Positions 7,726-17,634 of a stretch of 64,000 nucleotides of DNA are shown one piece after another. The stretch's first letter is position 1; each line of letters opens with the position of its first letter. Where the stretch lies: assembly GCA_015063305.1 (NCBI GenBank), contig SVUJ01000003.1, positions 72,261 to 136,260 on the forward strand, in the 5' to 3' direction. Position numbers and translations under genes: made by a program. A model generated the notes under the pieces. The model was not told the origin of the DNA and searched no databases. It saw nothing but the letters and a program-made list of their open reading frames with translations. The DNA is from Oscillospiraceae bacterium. GTDB taxonomy: Bacteria; Bacillota; Clostridia; Oscillospirales; CAG-272.

Positions 7726-10479
7726 ATGGGACTTGGAGATAAAATATTTGGAAGCTATAGCGAAAGACAGATAAAAAAGCTAAATAAATTTGTCGATTAT
7801 ATCGAGTCTTTAGCGCCTAAATATAAGGAGATGTCTAACGAGGAGCTTGCGGGAACGACACAGCTCCTTAAGGATAGACTTGCAAACGGTGAAACACTTG
7901 ACGATATCATGGCTGACGCTTTCGCGGCTATACGCGAGGCTGACGACAGAATACTCGGCAAGCGTCCTTTCCGTGTGCAGATAATAGGCGGTATCATACT
8001 CCATCAGGGAAGGATCGCCGAGATGAAGACGGGAGAAGGAAAAACTCTCGTTGCAACTATGCCCGCGTATCTCAATGCTCTTTCGGGTAAGGGTGTACAC
8101 GTAGTCACGGTAAACGACTACCTTGCTCGACGCGACAGCGAGGAGATGGGACGTGTGTATGAGTTTATGGGACTTACCACAGGTCTTGTTGTTCACGGCA
8201 TATCCCCAAAGGAAAAGAAGGCGGCGTATGACGCCGATATAACCTACGGAACTAATAACGAATTCGGATTTGACTATCTGCGCGACAATATGGTGGTATA
8301 TAAGGAAAATATGGTTCAGAGAGGCCATAATTTCGCCATTGTCGATGAGGTCGACTCGATACTCATAGACGAGGCGAGAACTCCTCTTATCATATCGGGT
8401 GCGGGTGAGAATTCCACCGATATGTATGACCGCGCCGACGCGCTTGCACGCAAGCTTCGCAAGTACGTTATAAAGGAGATGGACACCAAGGAGAGCTATG
8501 ACGATATAGATGCGGATTATATCGTTGACGAGAAGGCAAACAATGCTATCCTCACACCGAACGGCGCTAAGAAGGCAGAGGAATTTTTCGGTATAGAGAA
8601 CCTCTCGGACGCGGAGAACTCAGAGATAGCGCACCATATAAACCAGGCTATACGCGCCCACGGTATAATGAAGCTTGACGTTGATTACGTTGTAAATGAC
8701 AGCGGAGTTATGATAGTTGACAGCTTTACAGGACGTCTTATGCCCGGAAGAAGATATTCGAACGGACTTCACCAGGCCATCGAGGCTAAGGAAGGCGTTA
8801 AGATAGAAAAGGAAAACAAGACCCTTGCAACTATAACCTTCCAGAACTACTTCAGAATGTATTCCAAGCTCTCGGGTATGACGGGTACGGCACTTACGGA
8901 GGACAATGAGTTCCGCGAGATATACAACCTTGACGTTGTTGAGATACCCACCAATAAGCCTATGATAAGAATAGACCATTCTGATGCGGTATTCAAGTCG
9001 GTGGGCGGAAAATATAACGCTGTGGTAGAGAAGATAATCGAATGCCACGAAAAGGGACAGCCCGTGCTGGTTGGTACGGTGTCTATAGACAAGTCGGAGG
9101 AGCTTTCACGCAGACTTCGCCGCGAGGGCATACCGCATACAGTTCTTAACGCTAAATATCACGACCGCGAGGCTGAGATAGTAGCGCAGGCAGGAAAGCT
9201 TGGAGCTGTAACCATTTCCACCAATATGGCAGGACGTGGAACGGATATTATGCTTGGCGGTAACCCCGAGCATATGGCTAAAAAAGAGATGAGAAAGCTC
9301 GAGATACCCGAGGAGCTGATAGCTATGGCAACGGGAACGGCTACCATAGACGATGAGGCTGTTATAGAGGCGAGAAGGGTATATAAGGAGCTGTACGAGA
9401 AGTACAGAGCAGAGATAGCTCCCGAGGCTGAAAAGGTAAGAGAGGCTGGCGGACTCTTTATTCTCGGTACTGAAAGACACGAGAGTCGCCGTATAGATAA
9501 CCAGCTTAGAGGACGTTCGGGACGTCAGGGCGACCCCGGAGAGTCAAAATTCTACCTCTCACTTGAAGATGACCTTATGCGTCTGTTCGGTTCGGATAGG
9601 CTTATAGGTATGGTTGATAGACTTGGTCTTGACGATGATACTCCTATAGATGCGAGATTGCTCTCAAACACTATAGAGAATGCGCAAAAGCGAATAGAGG
9701 ATCAAAACTTCAAGCGTCGTAAATACGTCCTCACCTATGACGACGTTATGAATCAGCAGAGAAATCTTATATACAAGCAGAGAAACGACGTTCTCAATGG
9801 CGAGAACATCAGCGATACGATATGTAAGATGATAACCGACACTATAACCGAAACGGCAGATACATTCCTTCAGGGAGAGGATGCCGAGCATTGGGATCTC
9901 GTGGGGCTCAGAGAGAATTATAAGGGTCTGATAACTACCGCAGAGGACTTTGAGTATTCCGCCGAAGAGCTTGGAAAGCTTAAGAAGGACGATATCGTGG
10001 ATATGCTTTGCCAGAGGGCTATGGATATTTACGCCCAGAAGGAAGAGCTTGTCGGCGAGGAGCGCTTCAGAGAGATAGAAAGGGCGGTACTGCTCCAGAA
10101 CGTTGACCGCAACTGGATGGATCATATTGACGCTATGGATGACCTCAAGGACAGCATAAGACTTCAGTCCTATGCGCAGAGAGATCCTGTGACCGAGTAT
10201 AGAATACAGGGCGCGGATATGTTTGACTGTATGGTAGATGATATACGCGATAAGACTGCGAGAATGATACTTTCTGTCACCGTAAAGACCCCCGACGTCA
10301 AGCGAGTACAGCTCGCAAAGCCGCTTCAGGAGGGCTTTGAGGGAAGTATGAGCAAGGGCGCGAAAAAGGTCAATATAACTAAAAAAGCAGAGAACTCGGT
10401 AGGAAGAAACGATCTCTGCCCCTGCGGAAGCGGTAAGAAGTATAAAAAGTGCTGCGGAGCGCCGGGTAAAGAAAACTGA
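7726..10479 (+). CDS. secA: Preprotein translocase ATPase SecA
   Basis: Full-length SecA: MKTGEGKT Walker A, DEVDSILIDEARTPLIISG, and the C-terminal zinc finger CPCGSGKKYKKCCG. Confidence 0.97.
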   Translation: MGLGDKIFGSYSERQIKKLNKFVDYIESLAPKYKEMSNEELAGTTQLLKDRLANGETLDDIMADAFAAIREADDRILGKRPFRVQIIGGIILHQGRIAEMKTGEGKTLVATMPAYLNALSGKGVHVVTVNDYLARRDSEEMGRVYEFMGLTTGLVVHGISPKEKKAAYDADITYGTNNEFGFDYLRDNMVVYKENMVQRGHNFAIVDEVDSILIDEARTPLIISGAGENSTDMYDRADALARKLRKYVIKEMDTKESYDDIDADYIVDEKANNAILTPNGAKKAEEFFGIENLSDAENSEIAHHINQAIRAHGIMKLDVDYVVNDSGVMIVDSFTGRLMPGRRYSNGLHQAIEAKEGVKIEKENKTLATITFQNYFRMYSKLSGMTGTALTEDNEFREIYNLDVVEIPTNKPMIRIDHSDAVFKSVGGKYNAVVEKIIECHEKGQPVLVGTVSIDKSEELSRRLRREGIPHTVLNAKYHDREAEIVAQAGKLGAVTISTNMAGRGTDIMLGGNPEHMAKKEMRKLEIPEELIAMATGTATIDDEAVIEARRVYKELYEKYRAEIAPEAEKVREAGGLFILGTERHESRRIDNQLRGRSGRQGDPGESKFYLSLEDDLMRLFGSDRLIGMVDRLGLDDDTPIDARLLSNTIENAQKRIEDQNFKRRKYVLTYDDVMNQQRNLIYKQRNDVLNGENISDTICKMITDTITETADTFLQGEDAEHWDLVGLRENYKGLITTAEDFEYSAEELGKLKKDDIVDMLCQRAMDIYAQKEELVGEERFREIERAVLLQNVDRNWMDHIDAMDDLKDSIRLQSYAQRDPVTEYRIQGADMFDCMVDDIRDKTARMILSVTVKTPDVKRVQLAKPLQEGFEGSMSKGAKKVNITKKAENSVGRNDLCPCGSGKKYKKCCGAPGKEN

Positions 10480-10499
10480 TTTTTAAGGAGAGTGACACT

Positions 10500-11174
10500 A
10501 TGGGATTCGGTGTTATGTTAATCGGATATTTTATAACCTACGTTATGGCGCTTAATACCTACGGTGTCTTTTTCAGACTTCTTGGATATCTGATGATCTG
10601 CCGCGCGGCCTTCAAGCTTTTGGAGTACGATAAGAAATTCGTATATCCTTTCTATCTTTCGGTGTTGCTTGCCGCGCTCAGCGGACTTGAAGCTGTAAAT
10701 TTTGTATATCAGCTTATCGCGCTCACCCCAAATGCAACGGTTGAGCTGATAGCGAATATCGTTGGATATATAGACGTGGCGGCGGTATTTGTATTCCACG
10801 CGGCACTTTTGTTTGCCATAAGGGGAATAGCGAAGGATACGGGTGTGTCGAAGGTAGCTGTGTCGGCTGTGAGAAACTTTATAGTTATAGTGCTTTATTT
10901 TGTGTTGTACGCCGTAAGCCTTTTGCCGTTACCTGTAAGCATGGCGATGCCGCTCACCATAGTTTACCTTTTGTGGATACTTCTTAACGTTGCCTTGCTC
11001 TATTCCTGCTACTACAGAATATGCGATGAAAACGATAACGAGATGGCAAGAAGGCCCTCAAGGATCGGCTGGGTGAACAATATGTGGTCAAAGCTCGACG
11101 CAAAGCAGGAGAAGGCGGCGCGCGAGATGGAAGAATACAGAGCGCAAAAAAATCAGAAAAAACGTAAAAAATAA
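10500..11174 (+). CDS. Hypothetical polytopic membrane protein (about 6 TM, basic K/R/E-rich cytoplasmic tail); ORF-A of the secA-linked trio
   Basis: Starts 20 nt after the secA stop, behind TAAGGAGAG. Hydrophobic segments run throughout. No recognisable family motif. Confidence 0.6.
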   Translation: MGFGVMLIGYFITYVMALNTYGVFFRLLGYLMICRAAFKLLEYDKKFVYPFYLSVLLAALSGLEAVNFVYQLIALTPNATVELIANIVGYIDVAAVFVFHAALLFAIRGIAKDTGVSKVAVSAVRNFIVIVLYFVLYAVSLLPLPVSMAMPLTIVYLLWILLNVALLYSCYYRICDENDNEMARRPSRIGWVNNMWSKLDAKQEKAAREMEEYRAQKNQKKRKK

Positions 11175-11193
11175 TAAAAAGGAGGTGTGCTTG

Positions 11194-12582
11194 ATGAGTT
11201 CAAATATCGAAACCCAAACTAAGAAAATAAACTTCGGATTTTTGACTGTGGCGATAGCCTGTCTGTTCATTTTTAACCCTAATATGAACATCATAGACGT
11301 TATCCCCGATATCATAGGATATATAATGATTTCGGTAGCGCTCATCAAAATATCCGACCTCAGCGAGGATATCGCGGCAGGTGCAAAGTATTTCAGGTAT
11401 ATGATACTTGTTGAGCTCTCCAAATACGCGGCGATCTTTTGGGTGTTCGGACTGACACACAGCAGAGAACAAAATACAGGAGTACTTCTTTTATCATTTG
11501 TCTTTGCGATGATCGACAGCTCACTGCTATTTATAGCATTTAATAAATTTTTCTCTGGACTTATATCTCTCGGATATCTCTATCCAAACACGTCGGTGCT
11601 TGGAAAGGTGGGTAGGAAGGGAAGGTCATATACAGAGAAGATAAAGAACTTTACACTCTTCTTTGTGATATTTAAACCCGTGATGTCGCTGCTGCCAGAA
11701 TTCGCAGACCTCTCAAGATATGAATATGACGAGTCGGCTTCGGGTGTTTTGTACCTCTTTGAATTCATAGGACTTTTACGCGCGATGAGCATGATCGCGG
11801 TGGGAGTGGTCGGAATAATATGGATAGTAAAGATAATAAACTATTTTAAGCGTCTGAATAAGGACGGGGAATTCTATTCGGCGCTCAGAGAAAAATATCT
11901 TTCCGACGTGTTGCCCAAAACCTCGATTTTTATCAAGAGAGATATATCTGTGGCATTCTTTGCGTTTATTGCCGCAGCTGTATTTCTGTTTGATTTCAGA
12001 GTTAATTATATAAACATCATTCCCGACTTTGTCGGCGCTGCCATTTTGATGGTTGGAGTGCTTATATGCCGTAAGCGCTTGAGCTTAAAAATGCCGAGAG
12101 TGTGGACGGTATGCGGCGCATATCTTGGAACGACTATTTTAGCGGCAGTAAGTGAATTTTACTTTTTCGATAAGTATTATTACGGAGCTATCGACAGAAG
12201 CGAGGAGGCTTACGTCAGCTACATAATAATGTGCGTCTTTGCCGTTCTGGCAACCGTTGTCTTCCTTATAACGGCGGCTATGCTTATATGCCTGTTTAGC
12301 AACGTGATAGAAAACCACACGGGATTCGTTTATAAGAAGGACGATCCGTCGAACACAGAGCGTCTGAGGGCCTTTCATAAAGAGCTTCGCCTAAGACTTA
12401 TATTCGTTGCCGCCTCAGCCGTACTCGTTGCGGCAGCCGATATATTCCATATCTTCTTCGGCGCAGAATTTGGCTTCACGGGAGCTTTAGGCGGTATAGC
12501 AAACCTTATATTTATGATATCGATAATCAAAACCACAATGGATATCTCAGAGGAGATAGAAACAAAATATATGCTTGAATAA
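11194..12582 (+). CDS. Hypothetical polytopic membrane protein with internal duplication; ORF-B of the secA-linked trio
   Basis: AAAGGAGG lies 8 nt before the ATG at 11194. It has about 10-12 hydrophobic segments, with NIIDVIPDIIGY and NYINIIPDFVGA motifs about 240 aa apart. Confidence 0.6.
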   Translation: MSSNIETQTKKINFGFLTVAIACLFIFNPNMNIIDVIPDIIGYIMISVALIKISDLSEDIAAGAKYFRYMILVELSKYAAIFWVFGLTHSREQNTGVLLLSFVFAMIDSSLLFIAFNKFFSGLISLGYLYPNTSVLGKVGRKGRSYTEKIKNFTLFFVIFKPVMSLLPEFADLSRYEYDESASGVLYLFEFIGLLRAMSMIAVGVVGIIWIVKIINYFKRLNKDGEFYSALREKYLSDVLPKTSIFIKRDISVAFFAFIAAAVFLFDFRVNYINIIPDFVGAAILMVGVLICRKRLSLKMPRVWTVCGAYLGTTILAAVSEFYFFDKYYYGAIDRSEEAYVSYIIMCVFAVLATVVFLITAAMLICLFSNVIENHTGFVYKKDDPSNTERLRAFHKELRLRLIFVAASAVLVAAADIFHIFFGAEFGFTGALGGIANLIFMISIIKTTMDISEEIETKYMLE

Positions 12583-12604
12583 GCAAATAAAAAGGAGACT
12601 AACA

Positions 12605-13489
12605 ATGGCAAAATTTTCTATGCAAGATCAAACCTCACAACATAAAATTTATGAACAGAAATATAGAACATCAAGAATGAATCTGTTGCTCGTGGTCGTT
12701 TTCACGGCAATAAATTTATTTCTTCTCGCTATAAATGCGGATTTATATTTTCTCTTTTCTGCGTTTATTCCATACTTTATAACAAGCATTGGAATGTTTA
12801 TATGCGGACGATTTCCTGAGGAGTATTATGTGGATGGTCTTGAAGAGATGATCTTCCTTGATAATTCCGTGTTTGTTATTATGCTGGTAATTTCATTAGT
12901 GCTTACGCTTCTTTACCTACTGGCATGGTTTATGTCAAATAAGCAACGCGTAGGATGGATCATCTTTGCACTTGTGTTCTTCGGTATCGACACATTAGGA
13001 ATGTTATTTATAAACGGCATCTCTGTTGAGGCAATCTTTGATATTTTGTTTCACGCTTGGGTGATATACTATCTTATTCTCGGAATCAGGGCCCATTATA
13101 AGCTCAAAAATCTTCCTCCCGAGGAAGAGGCTGAAGTTTCCTGCGAAGATACTCCTGAGGAGATTGACGGTGAAGAAGAAAGTCCCGAGCTCGTTGACGA
13201 GGTGATATCAGATTCTCCCGTTATAAGAAAAGCCGATAAGAATGTTAAGCACAAAATTTTGCTTGAAAAACACATATTCAATTATGATATATGCTACAGA
13301 AGAGTAAAGCACACCAACGAGCTGGTTATAAACGGCAACGTATACGAAGAGCTTGAAGGTGTAATTGAATCCGCTCATACACTCAATGCGCGTATAGACG
13401 GACATCAAATTGCTGTGGGCTATAACGGTACACACAGCTTTATTTCCTTTGACGGAGATATCATAGCAAGGAAATTAAGACTTATCTGA
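12605..13489 (+). CDS. Hypothetical membrane protein: N-terminal TM bundle, acidic linker, C-terminal soluble domain of about 90 aa; ORF-C of the trio
   Basis: AAAAGGAGA RBS before the ATG at 12605. About 5 TM segments, then PPEEEAEVSCEDTPEEIDGEEESPELVDE, then a beta-rich-looking tail. Confidence 0.6.
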   Translation: MAKFSMQDQTSQHKIYEQKYRTSRMNLLLVVVFTAINLFLLAINADLYFLFSAFIPYFITSIGMFICGRFPEEYYVDGLEEMIFLDNSVFVIMLVISLVLTLLYLLAWFMSNKQRVGWIIFALVFFGIDTLGMLFINGISVEAIFDILFHAWVIYYLILGIRAHYKLKNLPPEEEAEVSCEDTPEEIDGEEESPELVDEVISDSPVIRKADKNVKHKILLEKHIFNYDICYRRVKHTNELVINGNVYEELEGVIESAHTLNARIDGHQIAVGYNGTHSFISFDGDIIARKLRLI

Positions 13490-13528
13490 TTACATAAAAG
13501 AGCCGTAGGGAGTCTACGATTAAGAAAA

Positions 13529-13555
13529 GGACAGAGAACGTTCTCTGTCCTTTTT
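13529..13555. terminator. Bidirectional terminator between ORF-C and the AEC transporter gene
   Basis: Perfect palindrome GGACAGAGAAC/GTTCTCTGTCC flanked by AAAA and TTTTT. Confidence 0.85.
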
Positions 13556-13574
13556 GTAGTTAGGTTAAGATATT

Positions 13575-14513
13575 TTATAGAATCGCTATCCTTTCCGCTA
13601 TCCACAGTATGGCGGGCATAGTTGCGATAGAGAGCAGGGAAGACGTTCCAACCGTTTGCGCGGCATAGGCGGGTTTTATATCGTAAATATCGGAGAGCAT
13701 AGATATCGTCGATGCCGAGGGCATTGCCGCGACCGCTGTGAGAAATAGTATCCAGTCGTGGCCAAGACCGCACAGCTTGGCAAGGATACATATTGAGAGC
13801 GGCGCAAATATGAGCTTTGTAAAGGAAACGTAGTATATCTTGGGAGAGAGGAATATATTCCTCATAGTGCATCTCGACAAAAGTGCTCCCGTTATCAGTA
13901 CGCTTATAGGTGTACACAAGGACGCAAGATATGAGCAGCTTGAATAAACGAAGTCGGGCATATTGATATTAGATATATAGATGAGTATTCCGATAGCGCT
14001 CGGTACTGTACCGTAATTTAGAAGTATCTTTCTTATCGTGAGCTTTATGTCGGTTCGCTTTCTTGCGAGTATCGCTATACCCCAAGTCCATATAAGGATA
14101 TTAAATCCTATCATAATGAACGCGCCCATAAAAAGTCCCCTCGCGCCAAAGAGCGACTCAAGGATAGGGAAGCCTATAAAGCCCACGTTGCCAAACAGGG
14201 TGGCAAACTCGGATAGCTTTCTTTCCTCTATATCCCTAAATCTGAAGCAGAGCAGGTATGCAAGAACGGCTATTACGCCGTGAAGAGCAAATCCTAAGAT
14301 AAAGGTTTGTCCGCCCAGTACAAGGTTGTCGGCGGAGTATTCCATACCTATCAGCGACGACACCAAAAGAAAAGGCTGACCTATATTTATGATGAGCTTC
14401 GACAGCTTTTTTGAGGATACCTCGTCGATAACCCCAAGCTTACCTGCAATAAATCCCACCACAATAAGAACAAAAAGAGTGGCTATGGTATTAAGCAAAG
14501 AAATGAAATTCAT
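13575..14513 (-). CDS. AEC (auxin efflux carrier) family transporter
   Basis: About 10-TM protein. The N-terminus MNFISLLNTIATLFVLIVVGFIAGKLGVI and overall layout are typical of the AEC/Mem_trans family. Confidence 0.75.
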   Translation of the reverse strand: MNFISLLNTIATLFVLIVVGFIAGKLGVIDEVSSKKLSKLIINIGQPFLLVSSLIGMEYSADNLVLGGQTFILGFALHGVIAVLAYLLCFRFRDIEERKLSEFATLFGNVGFIGFPILESLFGARGLFMGAFIMIGFNILIWTWGIAILARKRTDIKLTIRKILLNYGTVPSAIGILIYISNINMPDFVYSSCSYLASLCTPISVLITGALLSRCTMRNIFLSPKIYYVSFTKLIFAPLSICILAKLCGLGHDWILFLTAVAAMPSASTISMLSDIYDIKPAYAAQTVGTSSLLSIATMPAILWIAERIAIL

Positions 14514-14523
14514 ATTATACCTT

Positions 14524-15093
14524 TCAATCTACCTTGATATTCAACTCGTCAAGCTTATTCTTTATAGCCTTCATATCCTCAAGCATCTCTTCCTTTTTTC
14601 TCGGATCTCTGAGCAGCAGAGCTGGGTGATAGACGGCAGTTATCAGATAATTGCCCTTGAGAAACCAGTTGCCATGCTCCTTGGTTATCTTAAAGTCGGG
14701 CTTGATTATCCTCATAGCGGATATTCGTCCAAGGCAGACGATTATCTTAGGGTTGATAAGAAGGAGCTGTCTGCGTAAAAAGTCGATACAGCAGTCCTCC
14801 TCAGCGGGGAGAGGATCTCTGTTCTTGGGCGGGCGGCATTTGAGGATATTGGCTATGTATACCTTATCTCTCGGTATGTCTACGGCATAAAGATATTTGT
14901 CGAGAAGCTGTCCGGCTCTGCCGACGAAGGGAACACCCGTTTTATCCTCGTTTTCTCCGGGAGCTTCTCCTATGAACATAACGTCAGCCTCTCTGTTTCC
15001 AACGCCAAAGACACAGTTTGTCCTTGTTTTGGAAAGCTCGCAAGCGGTGCAGGATGCGCAATCGGAATACAGCTTATCCCATGAATCTCTCAT
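14524..15093 (-). CDS. Uracil-DNA glycosylase, family 4
   Basis: CxxCxLxxxRxxxVFGxG and GEAPGxxED.tGxPFVGxAGxLL motifs. The ATG at 15093 follows GGAGGT. Confidence 0.85.
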   Translation of the reverse strand: MRDSWDKLYSDCASCTACELSKTRTNCVFGVGNREADVMFIGEAPGENEDKTGVPFVGRAGQLLDKYLYAVDIPRDKVYIANILKCRPPKNRDPLPAEEDCCIDFLRRQLLLINPKIIVCLGRISAMRIIKPDFKITKEHGNWFLKGNYLITAVYHPALLLRDPRKKEEMLEDMKAIKNKLDELNIKVD

Positions 15094-15123
15094 ATCAAAT
15101 ACCTCCAAAATCACATTAGATAA

Positions 15124-15152
15124 ATTATAACATATAAAGAACGACATTTCAA
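15124..15152 (-). promoter_or_regulatory. Sigma-A-type promoter for udg and the AEC transporter gene (TTGAAA-17-TATAAT, minus strand)
   Basis: Minus strand reads TTGAAA, tgtcgttctttatatgt, TATAAT about 30 nt upstream of the udg ATG. Confidence 0.6.
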
Positions 15153-15174
15153 CACAGAAGACAAATATTTAAAG

Positions 15175-15210
15175 CTTTACGGGACAAGAATTATATTCTG
15201 TCCCGTAAAG
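15175..15210 (-). terminator. Terminator downstream of mgtE
   Basis: 12-bp stem CTTTACGGGACA / TGTCCCGTAAAG with a 12-nt loop, directly after the mgtE stop. A/T-rich trailing sequence. Confidence 0.7.
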
Positions 15211-15212
15211 AA

Positions 15213-16553
15213 TTATATTTGCAAAATATAAGATGCTATCTGGAAATATATAAGAAGCGAAAGGGCATCAACTATCGTGGTTATAAACGGACTCGCCATT
15301 ACCGCGGGGTCAAATCCAACTCTCTTCGCGAGTATCGGAAGAGTACAGCCCACGAATTTTGCAAGTATTACCGTTATAAGAAGGGAAATGGCTACGACCA
15401 AAGCTATCATCGTGGACGTGCGGTCTATAAGCATAGCCTTGGCAAATATTACCACAGACAAGGATATACCGCACAAAACCGATATTCTCAGCTCTTTCCA
15501 GACGATACGGAATATATTTCCCATACGTATCTCTCCAAGAGATAGACCGCGTATGATGGTGGCAGAAGCCTGACCGCCCGCGTTTCCTCCCGTACCCATA
15601 AGCACGGGTATAAATGCGGTCAATATCACAACAGATCCGAGTGCCGCCTCATAGTGTGTTATGATGCTTCCCGTAAAGGTTGACGATATGAGAAGGAGCA
15701 TCAGCCAAGGGATACGCTTCAGCCAGAGCTGCAATACTCCCGTTTTGAGATATGGCTTGTCGGTAGGCGAGATAGCCGCCATTATTTCGATATCCTCGGT
15801 AGCCGCTTCTTCCATAACGTCAAGCGCGTCGTCTACCGTAACTATGCCCACAAGCCTGTTTTCCGTATCAACAACGGGAAGTGCAAGAAGGTCGTATTTT
15901 GATATCAGAGAAACGGCAGTCTCCTTATCGTCTAAGGTCTGCGCGGATATGATCGAGGTATCCATTATATTCTCGATAAGCTCATCCTGAGGGGAGAATA
16001 TAAGGTCGCGCAGCTCGATAAATCCTTTGAGAACACGAGCCTTATTGGTGACGTATACGACGTAGATCGTTTCCTTTTCCTTACCCGTCTTGCGTATACG
16101 CTCTATAGCCTCGCTCACGCTCATGCTTGCGTGTATGCTTACAAGCTCGGGAGTCATAACGCTGCCCGCGCTGTTGGGCGGATATTTCAAAAATTTGTTT
16201 ATCTCCGCGCGTGTTTCCACAGATGCGGCGTGAAGAATTCTGTTTACCACGTTTGCGGGTAATTCTTCCAGCATATCCACGGTATCGTCTATAAAGAGCT
16301 CATCGACCAGTTTTGATATTTCAAAGTCGGTAATAGCTGATATTATGTGTTCCTGAATTTCGGGATCAAGCTCAGGGAATATTTCGGCAGCGGTATCTTT
16401 TTTCAAAAGTCTGAATACCTTTGGCAGTATACTCGGTTCAACTTGGCTCAAAAACTCAGCAGCATCGATGGCATTGATGTCATCAAATTCCTTCATAAAC
16501 TCCTTGTATTTGTTTTCCTCAAGAAGTTTTGAAAGGTTTTCAAAATCCAACAT
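15213..16553 (-). CDS. mgtE: Magnesium transporter MgtE
   Basis: N-domain, tandem CBS region and C-terminal 5-TM domain with the GTGGNAGGQ motif. Confidence 0.93.
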   Translation of the reverse strand: MLDFENLSKLLEENKYKEFMKEFDDINAIDAAEFLSQVEPSILPKVFRLLKKDTAAEIFPELDPEIQEHIISAITDFEISKLVDELFIDDTVDMLEELPANVVNRILHAASVETRAEINKFLKYPPNSAGSVMTPELVSIHASMSVSEAIERIRKTGKEKETIYVVYVTNKARVLKGFIELRDLIFSPQDELIENIMDTSIISAQTLDDKETAVSLISKYDLLALPVVDTENRLVGIVTVDDALDVMEEAATEDIEIMAAISPTDKPYLKTGVLQLWLKRIPWLMLLLISSTFTGSIITHYEAALGSVVILTAFIPVLMGTGGNAGGQASATIIRGLSLGEIRMGNIFRIVWKELRISVLCGISLSVVIFAKAMLIDRTSTMIALVVAISLLITVILAKFVGCTLPILAKRVGFDPAVMASPFITTIVDALSLLIYFQIASYILQI

Positions 16554-16627
16554 GATAAAACACCTCCACTACTTAAGACTGCAAAGGTATGTTACCACAA
16601 TAAAGCGCATAAGTCAAGCAAATTCTT

Positions 16628-17590
16628 TTAATTTTTTACTCCCGAAAAGATATCCAGGGAATTTGCTATATCGGTAAGCTTTTTGGCGGAGCTTACAAGC
16701 ATAGAAAGCTCCTTTTCGTCAAGCGGTATTTCAAGCACCTGCTTTATTCCGTTCGAGCCCACTATGCAGGGAAGACCTAAGCATATATCCTGTAATTCAT
16801 AATGTCCGTCAACAAGCGTGGACACGGGCAAAATAGCATTCTCATCTCTCATTATCGCCGAAACTATACGCCTTACAGCCTCGGCTATCGCGTAATAGGT
16901 AGCACCCTTAGCATCTATTATTTTATATGCGCTGTTCTTTACGTCGTCGAATAAATTTTGAAGCGCTGAGATATTGCACGAGCTGTGACAGCTCTCGCAA
17001 AATCTGTTGAGGTCTACACCCGACACGTTGGCGCTTGACCACACTGGCAGCTCGCTGTCCCCGTGCTCACCTATAATAAAGGTGTGAACGTTTCTCGGAT
17101 CTACGTCAAGATGACGCCCCACCTGATATTTAAGTCTTGCTGTATCGAGTACCGTGCCCGAGCCGATAACTCGCTCGGGGGGATATCCCGATATTTTCAA
17201 GGTAACGTAGGTCAGTATATCAACGGGATTTGTGACCACCAAAAGAATGGCTTCTTTATTGTAGGCGGTTATATTTTCCACTATGGAGCGAAAGATCCTC
17301 GCGTTGCTCTGTACAAGATCAATACGCGTCTGTCCCACCTTTTGCGCTCCCCCTGCGGTGATTATTATGATATTGGCGTCCGAAAGATCCGAATAGTCCC
17401 CCGCGTATATATCCATAGGGGAAATAAAGGGAAGGGCGTGATTTATATCCGCCGCCTCTCCCTCGGCTTTTTTTGTGTCAATATCAATAAGCACCATTTC
17501 CGAGAAAAGTCTGCTCATAGCGAGCGAAAAGGCGGTCGTCGCGCCTACGTACCCACAGCCTATAACTGCACATTTTCTTATATTTATCAA
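16628..17590 (-). CDS. ldh: L-lactate dehydrogenase
   Basis: VIGCGYVGATTAF Rossmann motif, VTNPVDILT, and IGEHGDSE with the catalytic His. TTG start 8 nt after AGGAGG. Confidence 0.93.
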   Translation of the reverse strand: MINIRKCAVIGCGYVGATTAFSLAMSRLFSEMVLIDIDTKKAEGEAADINHALPFISPMDIYAGDYSDLSDANIIIITAGGAQKVGQTRIDLVQSNARIFRSIVENITAYNKEAILLVVTNPVDILTYVTLKISGYPPERVIGSGTVLDTARLKYQVGRHLDVDPRNVHTFIIGEHGDSELPVWSSANVSGVDLNRFCESCHSSCNISALQNLFDDVKNSAYKIIDAKGATYYAIAEAVRRIVSAIMRDENAILPVSTLVDGHYELQDICLGLPCIVGSNGIKQVLEIPLDEKELSMLVSSAKKLTDIANSLDIFSGVKN

Positions 17591-17634
17591 AAATAAGTCC
17601 TCCTGATATAAATATCATTTGGACTTATTATGTA

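Noticed and set aside
16554-16627. Looked for an M-box (Mg2+) riboswitch upstream of mgtE.
   Set aside because: Only 74 nt separate mgtE from the ldh stop, with no terminator in between. That is too short for an M-box, so mgtE is probably co-transcribed with ldh.
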